From positions 1 through 64,000 of the forward strand of contig JALTLO010000064.1 of the NCBI GenBank assembly GCA_027001995.1: a DNA stretch of 64,000 bases, given 5' to 3'. The notes beneath the pieces were generated by a model. The model ran no database searches. It was not told the origin of the DNA and saw only the letters and a program-made list of their open reading frames with translations. Position 1 is the stretch's first letter. Every line of letters begins with the position of its first letter. Positions 55,923 through 64,000 of the stretch are shown piece after piece. Made by a program: the position numbers and the translations under genes. The DNA comes from Planctomycetota bacterium (GTDB taxonomy: Bacteria > Planctomycetota > GCA-002687715 > DRQF01).

Positions 55923-56579
55923 CTAAGCAACCAAGCTTGGCTTGGCGATCCGCCCAGCAATCATGGAGAGCTTGCGACTGCCAGCGACTCGAAGGTCTTT
56001 TTCTGTGGTGGCGATGACCGCGCATCCTAACTCTTCATTTGCGTCCAAGAGCACGTCTAAGGGGGGAGCGACTCCCCAGGGTGGGGGACTCATTTCGGCT
56101 AAGAGAATCTTTGGTCGTGACAGCAAGGCTCGTGCAATGCCAACCCGACGGCGCATGCCGTGGTCGAGTTCTTCAATTCTGCGGTTGTCATTCTGGGCGA
56201 TTCCCGCCAACTCCAAACATAATTCAGGAGCGACGCGAGTCTTGAGCCCAGGTTGGTTAACGGCTTGGCGAATCGTTTGCCGCACGTCAATACTGAAGAC
56301 GGGGCTGAGGAATGTGACAAAGGAGTTGACCAGTTCTTGGTCTTCCTCTGCTCCCATCATGGGTAGTCCCGCTAGTTTCATGGAGCCGTGGCTGCATCTC
56401 TCGATGCCTGAGAGGATGTTAAGAAGGGCACTTTTGCCGGATCCGACCTCGCCTTGGATGACGACAAACTCACCACTCTCTACTTTTAGGTCAATGCCGT
56501 TGAGGACGGGGACCCAAGTGTTGTTCATGATGTAAGACTTCTCTACACAACTAAGGGAGAGCAGTGGCGTGTGAGCCAT
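55923..56579 (-). CDS. LolD/FtsE-like ABC ATPase with degenerate motifs
   Basis: Walker A GEVGSGKS and RVGIARAL are present; the signature, Walker B and H-loop are altered. Confidence 0.75.
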   Translation of the reverse strand: MAHTPLLSLSCVEKSYIMNNTWVPVLNGIDLKVESGEFVVIQGEVGSGKSALLNILSGIERCSHGSMKLAGLPMMGAEEDQELVNSFVTFLSPVFSIDVRQTIRQAVNQPGLKTRVAPELCLELAGIAQNDNRRIEELDHGMRRRVGIARALLSRPKILLAEMSPPPWGVAPPLDVLLDANEELGCAVIATTEKDLRVAGSRKLSMIAGRIAKPSLVA

Positions 56580-56721
56580 AAGAAAACTCCAAGGACAGGT
56601 TTATACTTGCCTATCGAGCTTTTTTCTTTGAGCTTACCGCTTTTCGGAAAAACTCCTGTTTGTCCCGGACACCCCCCCCAAATTAGCCGAATTTTGCTGC
56701 TGGCTTGTTGGCATCAGGATC

Positions 56722-57351
56722 TCAAGAGGAGGCTGGCTCTGGGCTGTGAATAATACGCCACATATTTATGCCGTTGATCAAGAAGTGGATGGTAATGGGA
56801 ACCAAGATGTTTCCAGTGACCATAAAGCCGTACCCCAAAATGAACCCGCAGCCGATGGCAAACAAGGTCCAGGGCACATAAGTCTTGTCTCGTCCCATGT
56901 GGAGGAAGCCGAATAGCAGGCTGGTTACCACCAGGCCCAACATCGGGGAGCTAGCCAGGTCGCTGACCGTGGTTTGTATGGCACCGCGAAAGAAGAACTC
57001 CTCAGCAACGGAACTCAAAAGAGACAAAGACAGCACACCCGTTCGTGTGAGGTCGCCCAAGCGGGAGCGCACAGCTCCTTCTAAGTTGTCAAAAATGCGG
57101 CTGCGGCGGTGAATGACGGTGATCAAGAAAACCAGGAGAATGCCGGTGAGAAATGACCACAAAACTTGCGTCACAACCACTTGAGGGTCACGGGGCCGAA
57201 AGACCTCAATGGAGCCGAAATAGCACCAAGCCAGGGAAACTACGAGGACGCCCAAGTAGATCAAGGAGATCCCCACCACCAAGGGAGGGATATTCTCAGG
57301 TAGGTCGTCGTCGACATCGTCCAAGATTTCGTCTGACTGAAAGAGTGTCAT
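56722..57351 (-). CDS. CPBP/Abi (CAAX-protease-like) intramembrane metalloprotease
   Basis: EEFFFRG, FGFLH and HFLIN motifs; start taken at ATG 57351. Confidence 0.88.
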   Translation of the reverse strand: MTLFQSDEILDDVDDDLPENIPPLVVGISLIYLGVLVVSLAWCYFGSIEVFRPRDPQVVVTQVLWSFLTGILLVFLITVIHRRSRIFDNLEGAVRSRLGDLTRTGVLSLSLLSSVAEEFFFRGAIQTTVSDLASSPMLGLVVTSLLFGFLHMGRDKTYVPWTLFAIGCGFILGYGFMVTGNILVPITIHFLINGINMWRIIHSPEPASS

Positions 57352-57521
57352 TTTGCAAGTATCGGAGGAAAAGGGACTTCGACTCAAGGGCACATTGATG
57401 TTCAGAGCATACAGCCAAGGGGACGATTGGCCTCAGGATAATCAAATGGTCGACCAACCAGCCTGCCGAAATGTTCCCCAGGCCATGTGGACGAATCGCG
57501 CCTTCATCGTAGAATGCCCCC

Positions 57522-58694
57522 ATGGAATTTCATAACGCAAAGCAACTTATTGATCGTGGGGTCATTATCCCCGCTCCTCAATCTGTCTACGTCGACGCTG
57601 CTGTTTCTCTTGACCGCATTGCTCCTGGGGTGGTTCTTTACCCAGGGGCCCGGGTGAGCGGGGCAGAAACTGTGTTGGCAGAAGGGGCCGCTGTAGGCAC
57701 CCAGGGGCCAGCAAACATCGAAAATGTTGCTTTGGGCCGAGGTGCCAAGATTGTCAGTGGTACCGCTGAAGGTGCTTGCCTTTTGGCCGGTGCTTCCCTG
57801 GGTCCTAACTCTCATGTGCGAAGTGGAACTTTACTGGAAGAAGATGCTTCGACGGGACATGGGGTGGGGCTCAAGCAGACGATCGTCTTGAGTTTTGTAA
57901 CCCTGGGATCGCAGATCAATTTCTGTGATTGCTTCATGGCAGGAGGAACATCCCGCAGCGACCACAGCGAAGTGGGAAGCGGTTTTATTCATTTCAATTT
58001 CACCCCCTTCGGCAAAAAGGGTGATAAAGCCACGGCATCTTTATTTGGAGATGTCTGCAGCGGAGTTTTTCTTCAAAGCCCCCGGATTTTTCTGGGAGGC
58101 AGCGGTGGTGTTGTTGGGCCTATTCACGTGGACTATGGCACTACTCTAGCCGCCGGATCAGTTTATCGCCGTGATTATGGCGGAGGTTTGCTTGTTTACG
58201 GCGAGAAGACGATCGCCAAATCCCGGACGTTTGATCCACTTTTGGTTCGCCGGGTGGGACAAAGGACAAAGCGGTGCTTGCGCTATATTGGTGAGCTGCG
58301 GGCTCTCTATGCCTGGTATCGAGACGTTCGCTTAGGGGCTCTGACCGATGAGGTGGATAGACTCATCGTGGAGTCGGCCATGAAGCGTATCGCTGAAGGA
58401 ATTAAGGAGAGGCGCCGTCAGGTGAACCGATTCTTGGAAGGCGCTTGTCCGGCGGACGACGAGGCCAAGATCGACCTTGACAAGACTCGTTCTCATTGGG
58501 CGTCTATCGAAGCGACCTTTGCCGTCATCCCCAAGCCTGATGAGGGTCAAGCGCTGAGAGAAGCTTTTCTTCGGGACGTCGAACCCCAAGGGGAACATGT
58601 CACTTGGGTTCAAGGACTTGGGTCCGTCCAAGTTGAACAAGGAAAATCCTGGCTGCGAGCAGTGTCACAGCCAGGATCTTCTCAGTCGGTCTGA
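57522..58694 (+). CDS. GlmU C-terminal-like left-handed beta-helix (hexapeptide-repeat) protein
   Basis: GVIIPAPQSVYV, LGPNSHVRSGT and hexapeptide repeats; no N-terminal nucleotidyltransferase motif. Confidence 0.75.
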   Translation: MEFHNAKQLIDRGVIIPAPQSVYVDAAVSLDRIAPGVVLYPGARVSGAETVLAEGAAVGTQGPANIENVALGRGAKIVSGTAEGACLLAGASLGPNSHVRSGTLLEEDASTGHGVGLKQTIVLSFVTLGSQINFCDCFMAGGTSRSDHSEVGSGFIHFNFTPFGKKGDKATASLFGDVCSGVFLQSPRIFLGGSGGVVGPIHVDYGTTLAAGSVYRRDYGGGLLVYGEKTIAKSRTFDPLLVRRVGQRTKRCLRYIGELRALYAWYRDVRLGALTDEVDRLIVESAMKRIAEGIKERRRQVNRFLEGACPADDEAKIDLDKTRSHWASIEATFAVIPKPDEGQALREAFLRDVEPQGEHVTWVQGLGSVQVEQGKSWLRAVSQPGSSQSV

Positions 58695-58711
58695 TTATTG
58701 CTCAATGGAAA

Positions 58712-59668
58712 TCAACGGCTGACCCATTGGGTGCCAGTGATTTCCAATCGTTGAATTGGTCGGCCACTGGAAGTGACGCGGGTTTGGCTCATCTTTCTGA
58801 GGACGTCCAAGCCCGTAGTCAATTCGCCAAATACAGCTTGCTTGTTATTCAGGTCGGGTTGATTGTGAAGGCAGATTGTGAACTGGCTGCCGTGAGACTT
58901 GCCGTTGGCGGTAGCCACCATGGAAACCGCCTTGCTCACATGAAGGGCATCATTGTACTCCTTGGGCAAGTCGTATCCTGGGCCACCGAGCCCCCAGGTG
59001 TTCTCATCTTTATCCTTATCCTTTGTGTTGGGGCAACCCAAAGTCAGACGGCGGAAGCTCAGTATCTTGTGGAAAGACATGCCAATGTAGTAACCGTCCG
59101 TGACCAGTTTCTTGAAGTTGGCCGTGGTTTCGGGGGCCGCGTCCTTGTAGCAATGGATCTCAAAAGAACCGTTGTTGGTGTGGAAGATTGCTTTCTCTGT
59201 GAGGTCAAGTTTGGCCTTGGGCAGTTTGATGACCTTGTAGACTTTGCGCAGGGCGATTTCCCCATTGATGTCAGCGAGGGCTTCGTCCACCAAACTTGGT
59301 TGCCCAGGAATCAAAGAACGACATAGGCCATGCTTGGGAAACTTCTTCTTGAGGCCTTCGTTGTTCTCCTTGGCGTCAGCGAAACGCTCCAAGTTAAACA
59401 GAAGGTTGCCCCGGTAGAAGAGAGCCAAAGGTTCGGCTTTGGTGCCTAATATCTTGTCTCCCATGGACTCCAGTTTGTTGAGGAGGACATCCTGTGGGTC
59501 ATTCTTGATGATTCGAATGCGCCCTCTTTGAGGGAAGACATTCTTGGGAAAGACGCTGTAGAGAGCTTCGAAGCCCTGAGCGTCTCGGTCGGATTGAGCT
59601 TGGGTTACTTGGCTGTTGGCGACAACGAGAAGCGCCACCAAGAGGCATGATGCAATTTTGTTGGTCAT
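58712..59668 (-). CDS. Secreted TPR plus cyclophilin-type PPIase domain protein
   Basis: Signal peptide; APETTANFKKL...GYY, GGPGY, GSQF and VFG motifs. Confidence 0.85.
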   Translation of the reverse strand: MTNKIASCLLVALLVVANSQVTQAQSDRDAQGFEALYSVFPKNVFPQRGRIRIIKNDPQDVLLNKLESMGDKILGTKAEPLALFYRGNLLFNLERFADAKENNEGLKKKFPKHGLCRSLIPGQPSLVDEALADINGEIALRKVYKVIKLPKAKLDLTEKAIFHTNNGSFEIHCYKDAAPETTANFKKLVTDGYYIGMSFHKILSFRRLTLGCPNTKDKDKDENTWGLGGPGYDLPKEYNDALHVSKAVSMVATANGKSHGSQFTICLHNQPDLNNKQAVFGELTTGLDVLRKMSQTRVTSSGRPIQRLEITGTQWVSR

Positions 59669-59678
59669 TTGTTGTCTC

Positions 59679-61565
59679 CTATTTGCCGACGGTGAAGTCG
59701 AATTGTTTTCTGAGTTCTGCGAAACGGAACCGGCGGGGGAATCGAGCTTGGTTGATTTGCTTCACTTGCCCTGTGGCTTGGATGAGATCAACAGGCCCCA
59801 TGGTGTCCAAAGGCGGATCTTTCTTGTCGGTCAAGCGACCAAGGATGAAGGAGTGAGTCAGGTGGTCTTCTAAGATCATGGGGGTGACGCCGCCGATGGG
59901 GAGAACACGGACTTGATAGGACGAGGCGATAAACATCTGCCGACTGGCATCGACGTCTTTGATCTGGGAGCGATCTTCGCGACCCATATGAAACTCAAAG
60001 TAAGGGGTCTTTTGAAGCTTTAATTTTCGTCGCTTGACGATTTTGTCAAAGATAGCAGGTAGCAGCTCTTTGCGCTTCAAGTCGAGGGGCAAGCGGATGC
60101 GCCCTCTTGCTCTGGCGAAGGCCCGCTTCTTGGTGATGTTCATACGAGCGATTTCTCGCTCAGCCGTTTCGTCGGCCTCTTGTTCCAAGCGTTCCCGCTC
60201 AGGGGCCAGAAGCACGTTGACCTTGGCATTCATCTCATCGAGAATCTCTTTGGCAGCTTCCCGGGCTAACTTGCTGGATCGAGTCTCGATGTAGAATTTT
60301 CGAACTTGATCAATGACGGAATTAAGCTCGGGGAGGTGGGCTTCTTTCTTGGCTGTGACCTTGAAGAAGAAACGCATGTCGCCGACCACAGAAAGTTGGC
60401 GGGATAACTGACCCACCGGGGCGGCGAAGAGCTGAGAGAATGCAGGGATGCCGAATTCTTTGAGTTCATCCATGGCCCCACGACGATCGACGTCTTTGAG
60501 TTCATGAAAGCCCAGGTGGTAGGTCTTGGCGATCTCTTTCAAGTTGACCTTTGGTCCGGCCTTTAAGGCTGCCGCATGGGCCTCCACAACCAAGTGTTGA
60601 AGAGTCAGTTTCTTGATGATCTGATCTTTGACCAAGGAGAAGGGGCTGACGACTTCTTCTAAGGGTGTGTCCGGGTTTAAGGTGAGAAGGTGTCTCTTGT
60701 TGGGCGGGATGGAACCCACAAGCCTTTTCTTATTCGCTTTGAAGTAGGCCAATGCCTGGCTGCGGGTGACTTTCGAAGCGTCGCCCAAAGAAGCAACCAT
60801 TTCGTCGCTAAAGTCGTTGGGGTTAAAGTAGACGATGCCACCACTCACGGATGCGGGGATGCGGTAGCGAGCGGCTGCACTACGATCTTGTTTCCAGAAT
60901 TCTTCCAGCATCTCTTTGGTGATGCCTGCGTCGATGATTCTTTGGGCGAAATCTTTGTCTGTGAAGCAGGCATACTCGAATTGATACTGAAGTTTCTGCG
61001 TCTTGAACTGATCGAATGCATCCTGGGTTGAGGTGCGGTTCGAGTTGAAGAGCAGGTTCTTGAGGTGGTCCACCTTGATCGATGCCTTTTGGTAGGCCTC
61101 TCCATCTTCGGGAGAAACGCCGATGGCTGCCCAACGGTCGAGGACACCTTGGTAAAGGACCGGTGTCTTCTTTTGGAGTCTCTTGTCAACTTCGCTGGGG
61201 GCGGCTTCGAGCTCTAAGGCATCTGCCCAGGCGGTCAAGATGATTCTGGCCCAGGTGTCGTCGGAGTTGACCATCCGACGCTGAGAACCTTCCATCTGAT
61301 TGATGAGAACTTGTGTGTCGTAGAAATCACCGGCAGTGACCGTGATTCTCTTTTCACCCATTTTGAAAGACCCTGCAATAGCGCTGGGGTCTTGGGGAAC
61401 GGGGATGTTCTTGATCAGGGCGATTTTGGCTTGGTTGGCTTTGCTTTGCTCTTGTTCTGCCTCATCGCTTTGAGCCCAAGTCATGACGGGCATGAGGAGG
61501 GCTAAGAGAGCCAGGAGCGCCACCTTGAGTGTGGGGCTTTGTTGTTGCTGCATGTGAGCTTTCAT
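59679..61565 (-). CDS. Secreted SurA/PpiD-like chaperone (tentative)
   Basis: Signal peptide; ITVTAGDF, PFSLVKDQI and PELNSVIDQV motifs resemble SurA/PpiD helical repeats; co-oriented with the cyclophilin gene. Confidence 0.55.
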   Translation of the reverse strand: MKAHMQQQQSPTLKVALLALLALLMPVMTWAQSDEAEQEQSKANQAKIALIKNIPVPQDPSAIAGSFKMGEKRITVTAGDFYDTQVLINQMEGSQRRMVNSDDTWARIILTAWADALELEAAPSEVDKRLQKKTPVLYQGVLDRWAAIGVSPEDGEAYQKASIKVDHLKNLLFNSNRTSTQDAFDQFKTQKLQYQFEYACFTDKDFAQRIIDAGITKEMLEEFWKQDRSAAARYRIPASVSGGIVYFNPNDFSDEMVASLGDASKVTRSQALAYFKANKKRLVGSIPPNKRHLLTLNPDTPLEEVVSPFSLVKDQIIKKLTLQHLVVEAHAAALKAGPKVNLKEIAKTYHLGFHELKDVDRRGAMDELKEFGIPAFSQLFAAPVGQLSRQLSVVGDMRFFFKVTAKKEAHLPELNSVIDQVRKFYIETRSSKLAREAAKEILDEMNAKVNVLLAPERERLEQEADETAEREIARMNITKKRAFARARGRIRLPLDLKRKELLPAIFDKIVKRRKLKLQKTPYFEFHMGREDRSQIKDVDASRQMFIASSYQVRVLPIGGVTPMILEDHLTHSFILGRLTDKKDPPLDTMGPVDLIQATGQVKQINQARFPRRFRFAELRKQFDFTVGK

Positions 61566-61595
61566 TCGGTCTACGTCCTCTTAGTATCCGTGAAG

Positions 61596-61617
61596 GGCCC
61601 AATCTTGAGATTGGGCC
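61596..61617. promoter_or_regulatory. 22-bp palindrome with perfect 10-bp arms, candidate regulator binding site
   Basis: GGCCCAATCT-tg-AGATTGGGCC, about 30 nt upstream of the gene starting at 61565. Confidence 0.5.
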
Positions 61618-62259
61618 GAATCAGGCTGAATCTGGTGACTACGGTAACAAGCCATGTCTCATCAATCGTATGCAATTGGATGGCTACCAGGATCGAGTCC
61701 CAGATGTGTGGGTTACTTTATCGTGGGTCGTCGCTGAAATCGACAATTGACTGCATTGAGCGCGGCTGAAAGGTCATTCTCGACCAAGTTTTTTTCTGAC
61801 TTGACCACCTCCTGGTCCTTTTTCCGTGGGGATGACCATGGATTTTCCCCAGGGAAAGAGGCGAATTTGTCCTCTTAAGGGTTTTCTTTCTCGAATATGA
61901 GGACAATTTGATAGGTTCTATGAATACCTATGGTGCCCAAAGAACCTGGGGTTCTGACACTCCTGGCATGGAAACTATGCCATTGAGCAAGGGCGCGGGG
62001 CCCAGGCCCGAACATTCGGATCTTCCGGTCTTCATTGCGAAATCTCACCCTTGCAGGATTTTGCAGCGCTCACACAAGAGCTGAGGGGACTGCTCTTAAT
62101 CGAGACAAGATCACGACTTGTGCAAGCCAGCTCATCCATGAATGAATATCTTCACAGAGCATTCTCCAGGATTTGGACGATAGGTGACCACGTGGAAACG
62201 TATAAAGTTTACCTCGGCCACAACTTTCCACTTTCTCAGTTGACCAGGTAGACTCACCC

Positions 62260-62300
62260 GACGGCACCAAGCCCCTTCTCTTGGTGCCGTCACTTTTTTT
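62260..62300 (+). terminator. Rho-independent terminator
   Basis: GACGGCACCAAG-8 nt-CTTGGTGCCGTC followed by AC and T7. Confidence 0.8.
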
Positions 62301-62435
62301 GTCCTGTTTCTTCCGTGAAATTTCATTCACAGCACTCCGGCATTCAGGATATGGCTCCGACTTCCGATATACAGCGTAGAGCTCTCAAGTATGGACTTGA
62401 GGCCATGGTGTGGTTGCGCCCGGAGCAAAGTGGAT

Positions 62436-63572
62436 ATGATTCGAATCATCAGGCGGATGCGAAATCACTCACGCATGACGCGCTTGCGTCGACGTGCGGA
62501 GGTGGATCCCCTCCCGCGTTCTTATGTTGAGTTATGCAGGGCATTTCTGAACCAAGGCGAGATTGAACGATCTTTGCAGGCGGCTCGTGATGGGATCGCT
62601 CAGTTTCCTCATTGCGAGGACCTTAGAGATCTCATGCGTCATACGTGGCGCCAAACGAAAGCGGAAGAAATCGAAGCTCTTCGTCGGCGAGCCCAAGAGT
62701 CCGCAGAAGTGGAAATCTTCGACGGATTGGCGGCCATCTACCTCGAATGCGAAGAATACGATGAAGCCCTCGAAGTGGCGGAAGAGTTAACTCGCCGCCG
62801 ACCGGATGTGGCCAATGGGCCTTCCATGACTGCCGACATCCTGTTGCGAAGGTTCTACAAGGATCACGTGGCCAGTGATGCTCGCCGGGCCATGGCTCTT
62901 TTGCGCCGGGTTCTGGAAGACGAGGAGTCTGACTTTCAAGCCAACTATCTTCTGGCTCAGGTGTACCACTACATCGGTGCTATCTCTAAGTCTCTCTTTC
63001 ACCTTTATCGAGCCTTGGATGTGGAGCCTGAGCACGAAGAGGCTCGCACGCTCTATGACCATTTGATCAACTTGCCCCTGGAGAAAGAAGGGGAGAGTGA
63101 ACTCTTAAGAATCGTCGAAGAGAACGAAACCTCTGCTACCAATGAGGAACAAGAAACGTCAAGAAAAGACGGGACTCTTTCTCCTGAGAAACGTTCAGCT
63201 TTGGTCCAAGACTTAGGGCGATTCAGTCAACTCAATAGCGTGACGCGGGCCGCTTTTGTGAGCGACGAGGTCATCATCATTGCGAAGCATGGTGAGTGCC
63301 GAATCTTGGCTCGGGGAGAAAATGATCAACTTTGTGAAATGGCTAAGAGCTTTCGCTCCGCTGCCGCCGTAAGCGCGAAGCGTATGGGGATCGGTGCCTT
63401 CCAGACATCCCTCCTTCAGGCCGGGAAGCAGAGTCTTCAATTTCATTCCGTTGGCCGCACAGTGCTGGTGGTTGAGTCGGATGATCCGACGCGCAGTGAT
63501 GTCATCAAGCAAGAATGCGTTGACTTCGTTGCTTCTTGTATGCGAAGCACAAAGGAGCTGACTCATGCGTGA
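62436..63572 (+). CDS. TPR protein with C-terminal roadblock/LC7-like domain
   Basis: TPR helices, then a RAAFVS...SAAAVSAKRMGIGAFQTSLLQAG roadblock-like alpha/beta pattern. Start uncertain (62391, 62436 or later). Confidence 0.72.
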   Translation: MIRIIRRMRNHSRMTRLRRRAEVDPLPRSYVELCRAFLNQGEIERSLQAARDGIAQFPHCEDLRDLMRHTWRQTKAEEIEALRRRAQESAEVEIFDGLAAIYLECEEYDEALEVAEELTRRRPDVANGPSMTADILLRRFYKDHVASDARRAMALLRRVLEDEESDFQANYLLAQVYHYIGAISKSLFHLYRALDVEPEHEEARTLYDHLINLPLEKEGESELLRIVEENETSATNEEQETSRKDGTLSPEKRSALVQDLGRFSQLNSVTRAAFVSDEVIIIAKHGECRILARGENDQLCEMAKSFRSAAAVSAKRMGIGAFQTSLLQAGKQSLQFHSVGRTVLVVESDDPTRSDVIKQECVDFVASCMRSTKELTHA

Positions 63573-63918
63573 AGTCTTAAAGGAACTCAACACACTGGCT
63601 GGCATCAAGGGGAGCCTTGTCGTGACCCACGATGGCATTGTTGTGACCAGCGAGCTTTCCAGCGAACTGGATGAAGACACCACGGCGGCCTTGGTAGGCA
63701 ACGTGGTGACGCAAACCCATCGCCTGTTGGAGATTGGCGAGTATGACGACATGGATCGTATGATCATGACGGCGTCTCGGGGCAAGATTGTCATTCAGAA
63801 TCTGCAGAACTGCAATCTTGTTGTTGTGACGAATCAATTCATCAACATCGATTTGACCTTGCTTGAGATTTCAAGCGCCGCGGCAAAGCTCCGCGAATTG
63901 GGCAAACTGACCGTTTGA
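63565..63918 (+). CDS. Roadblock/LC7 domain protein (MglB-like)
   Basis: GIKGSLVVTHDGIVVTS...TAALV motif; 117 aa. Confidence 0.88.
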   Translation: MREVLKELNTLAGIKGSLVVTHDGIVVTSELSSELDEDTTAALVGNVVTQTHRLLEIGEYDDMDRMIMTASRGKIVIQNLQNCNLVVVTNQFINIDLTLLEISSAAAKLRELGKLTV

Positions 63919-63977
63919 GTGGCATATATCGGGTCGCCCTGTCGACCATGTAGCATCAAGAATCGAGGACCGAAACA

Positions 63978-64000
63978 ATGGTTCAGCTAAATTTGGCACT
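63978..64000 (+). CDS. 5' end of a probable MglA-like small GTPase (truncated by window edge)
   Basis: GAGGA RBS then ATG MVQLNLA, resembling MglA-family N-termini, downstream of a roadblock gene. Only 7 codons are visible. Confidence 0.4.

Noticed and set aside
58727..59326. 199-aa plus-strand ORF
   Set aside because: It is the antisense shadow of the cyclophilin gene.
3781..62097. GACTGCTCTT recurring at 3781, ~31725 and ~62088
   Set aside because: Short motif in unrelated contexts with no shared flanks. No common function can be supported.

Overview
A gene-dense bacterial chromosomal window. The protein repertoire (HEAT-VWA protein, FG-GAP propeller, several ECF sigma/anti-sigma pairs, signal peptidase with a large insert, roadblock/MglA module) is compatible with Planctomycetota, but that assignment is inference only. 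The left end (1-3.1 kb) is an arsR-arsP-arsE-arsF-arsG-type organoarsenical/redox operon with a visible operator palindrome. An accessory segment follows (3.2-8.1 kb): a Gly-rich secreted gene frameshifted at a G9 tract, a membrane protein, and a decayed ISL3 element abutting an IS66 remnant. The rest is housekeeping and signalling genes: REC-GGDEF cyclase, three histidine kinases, RNase D, UvrD/Rep, LeuA-like synthase, aspartokinase, MgtE, LepB and PPIase-like foldases. The most notable observations are: (1) an HPF/RaiA-sigma70 fusion in an operon with a catalytically degenerate SDR and a GH113 lipoprotein; (2) an ECF sigma factor with two Cys-rich modules, one inserted between regions 2 and 4; (3) two kinases sharing an identically spaced four-Cys GAF insert; (4) a highly structured intergenic region with mutually exclusive pairings upstream of uvrD; (5) an orphan terminator before a TPR-roadblock/MglB/MglA-like operon; (6) several apparent pseudo-enzymes. 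No tRNA, rRNA or CRISPR array was recognised. All family calls come from motif recognition by eye, not from database searches.
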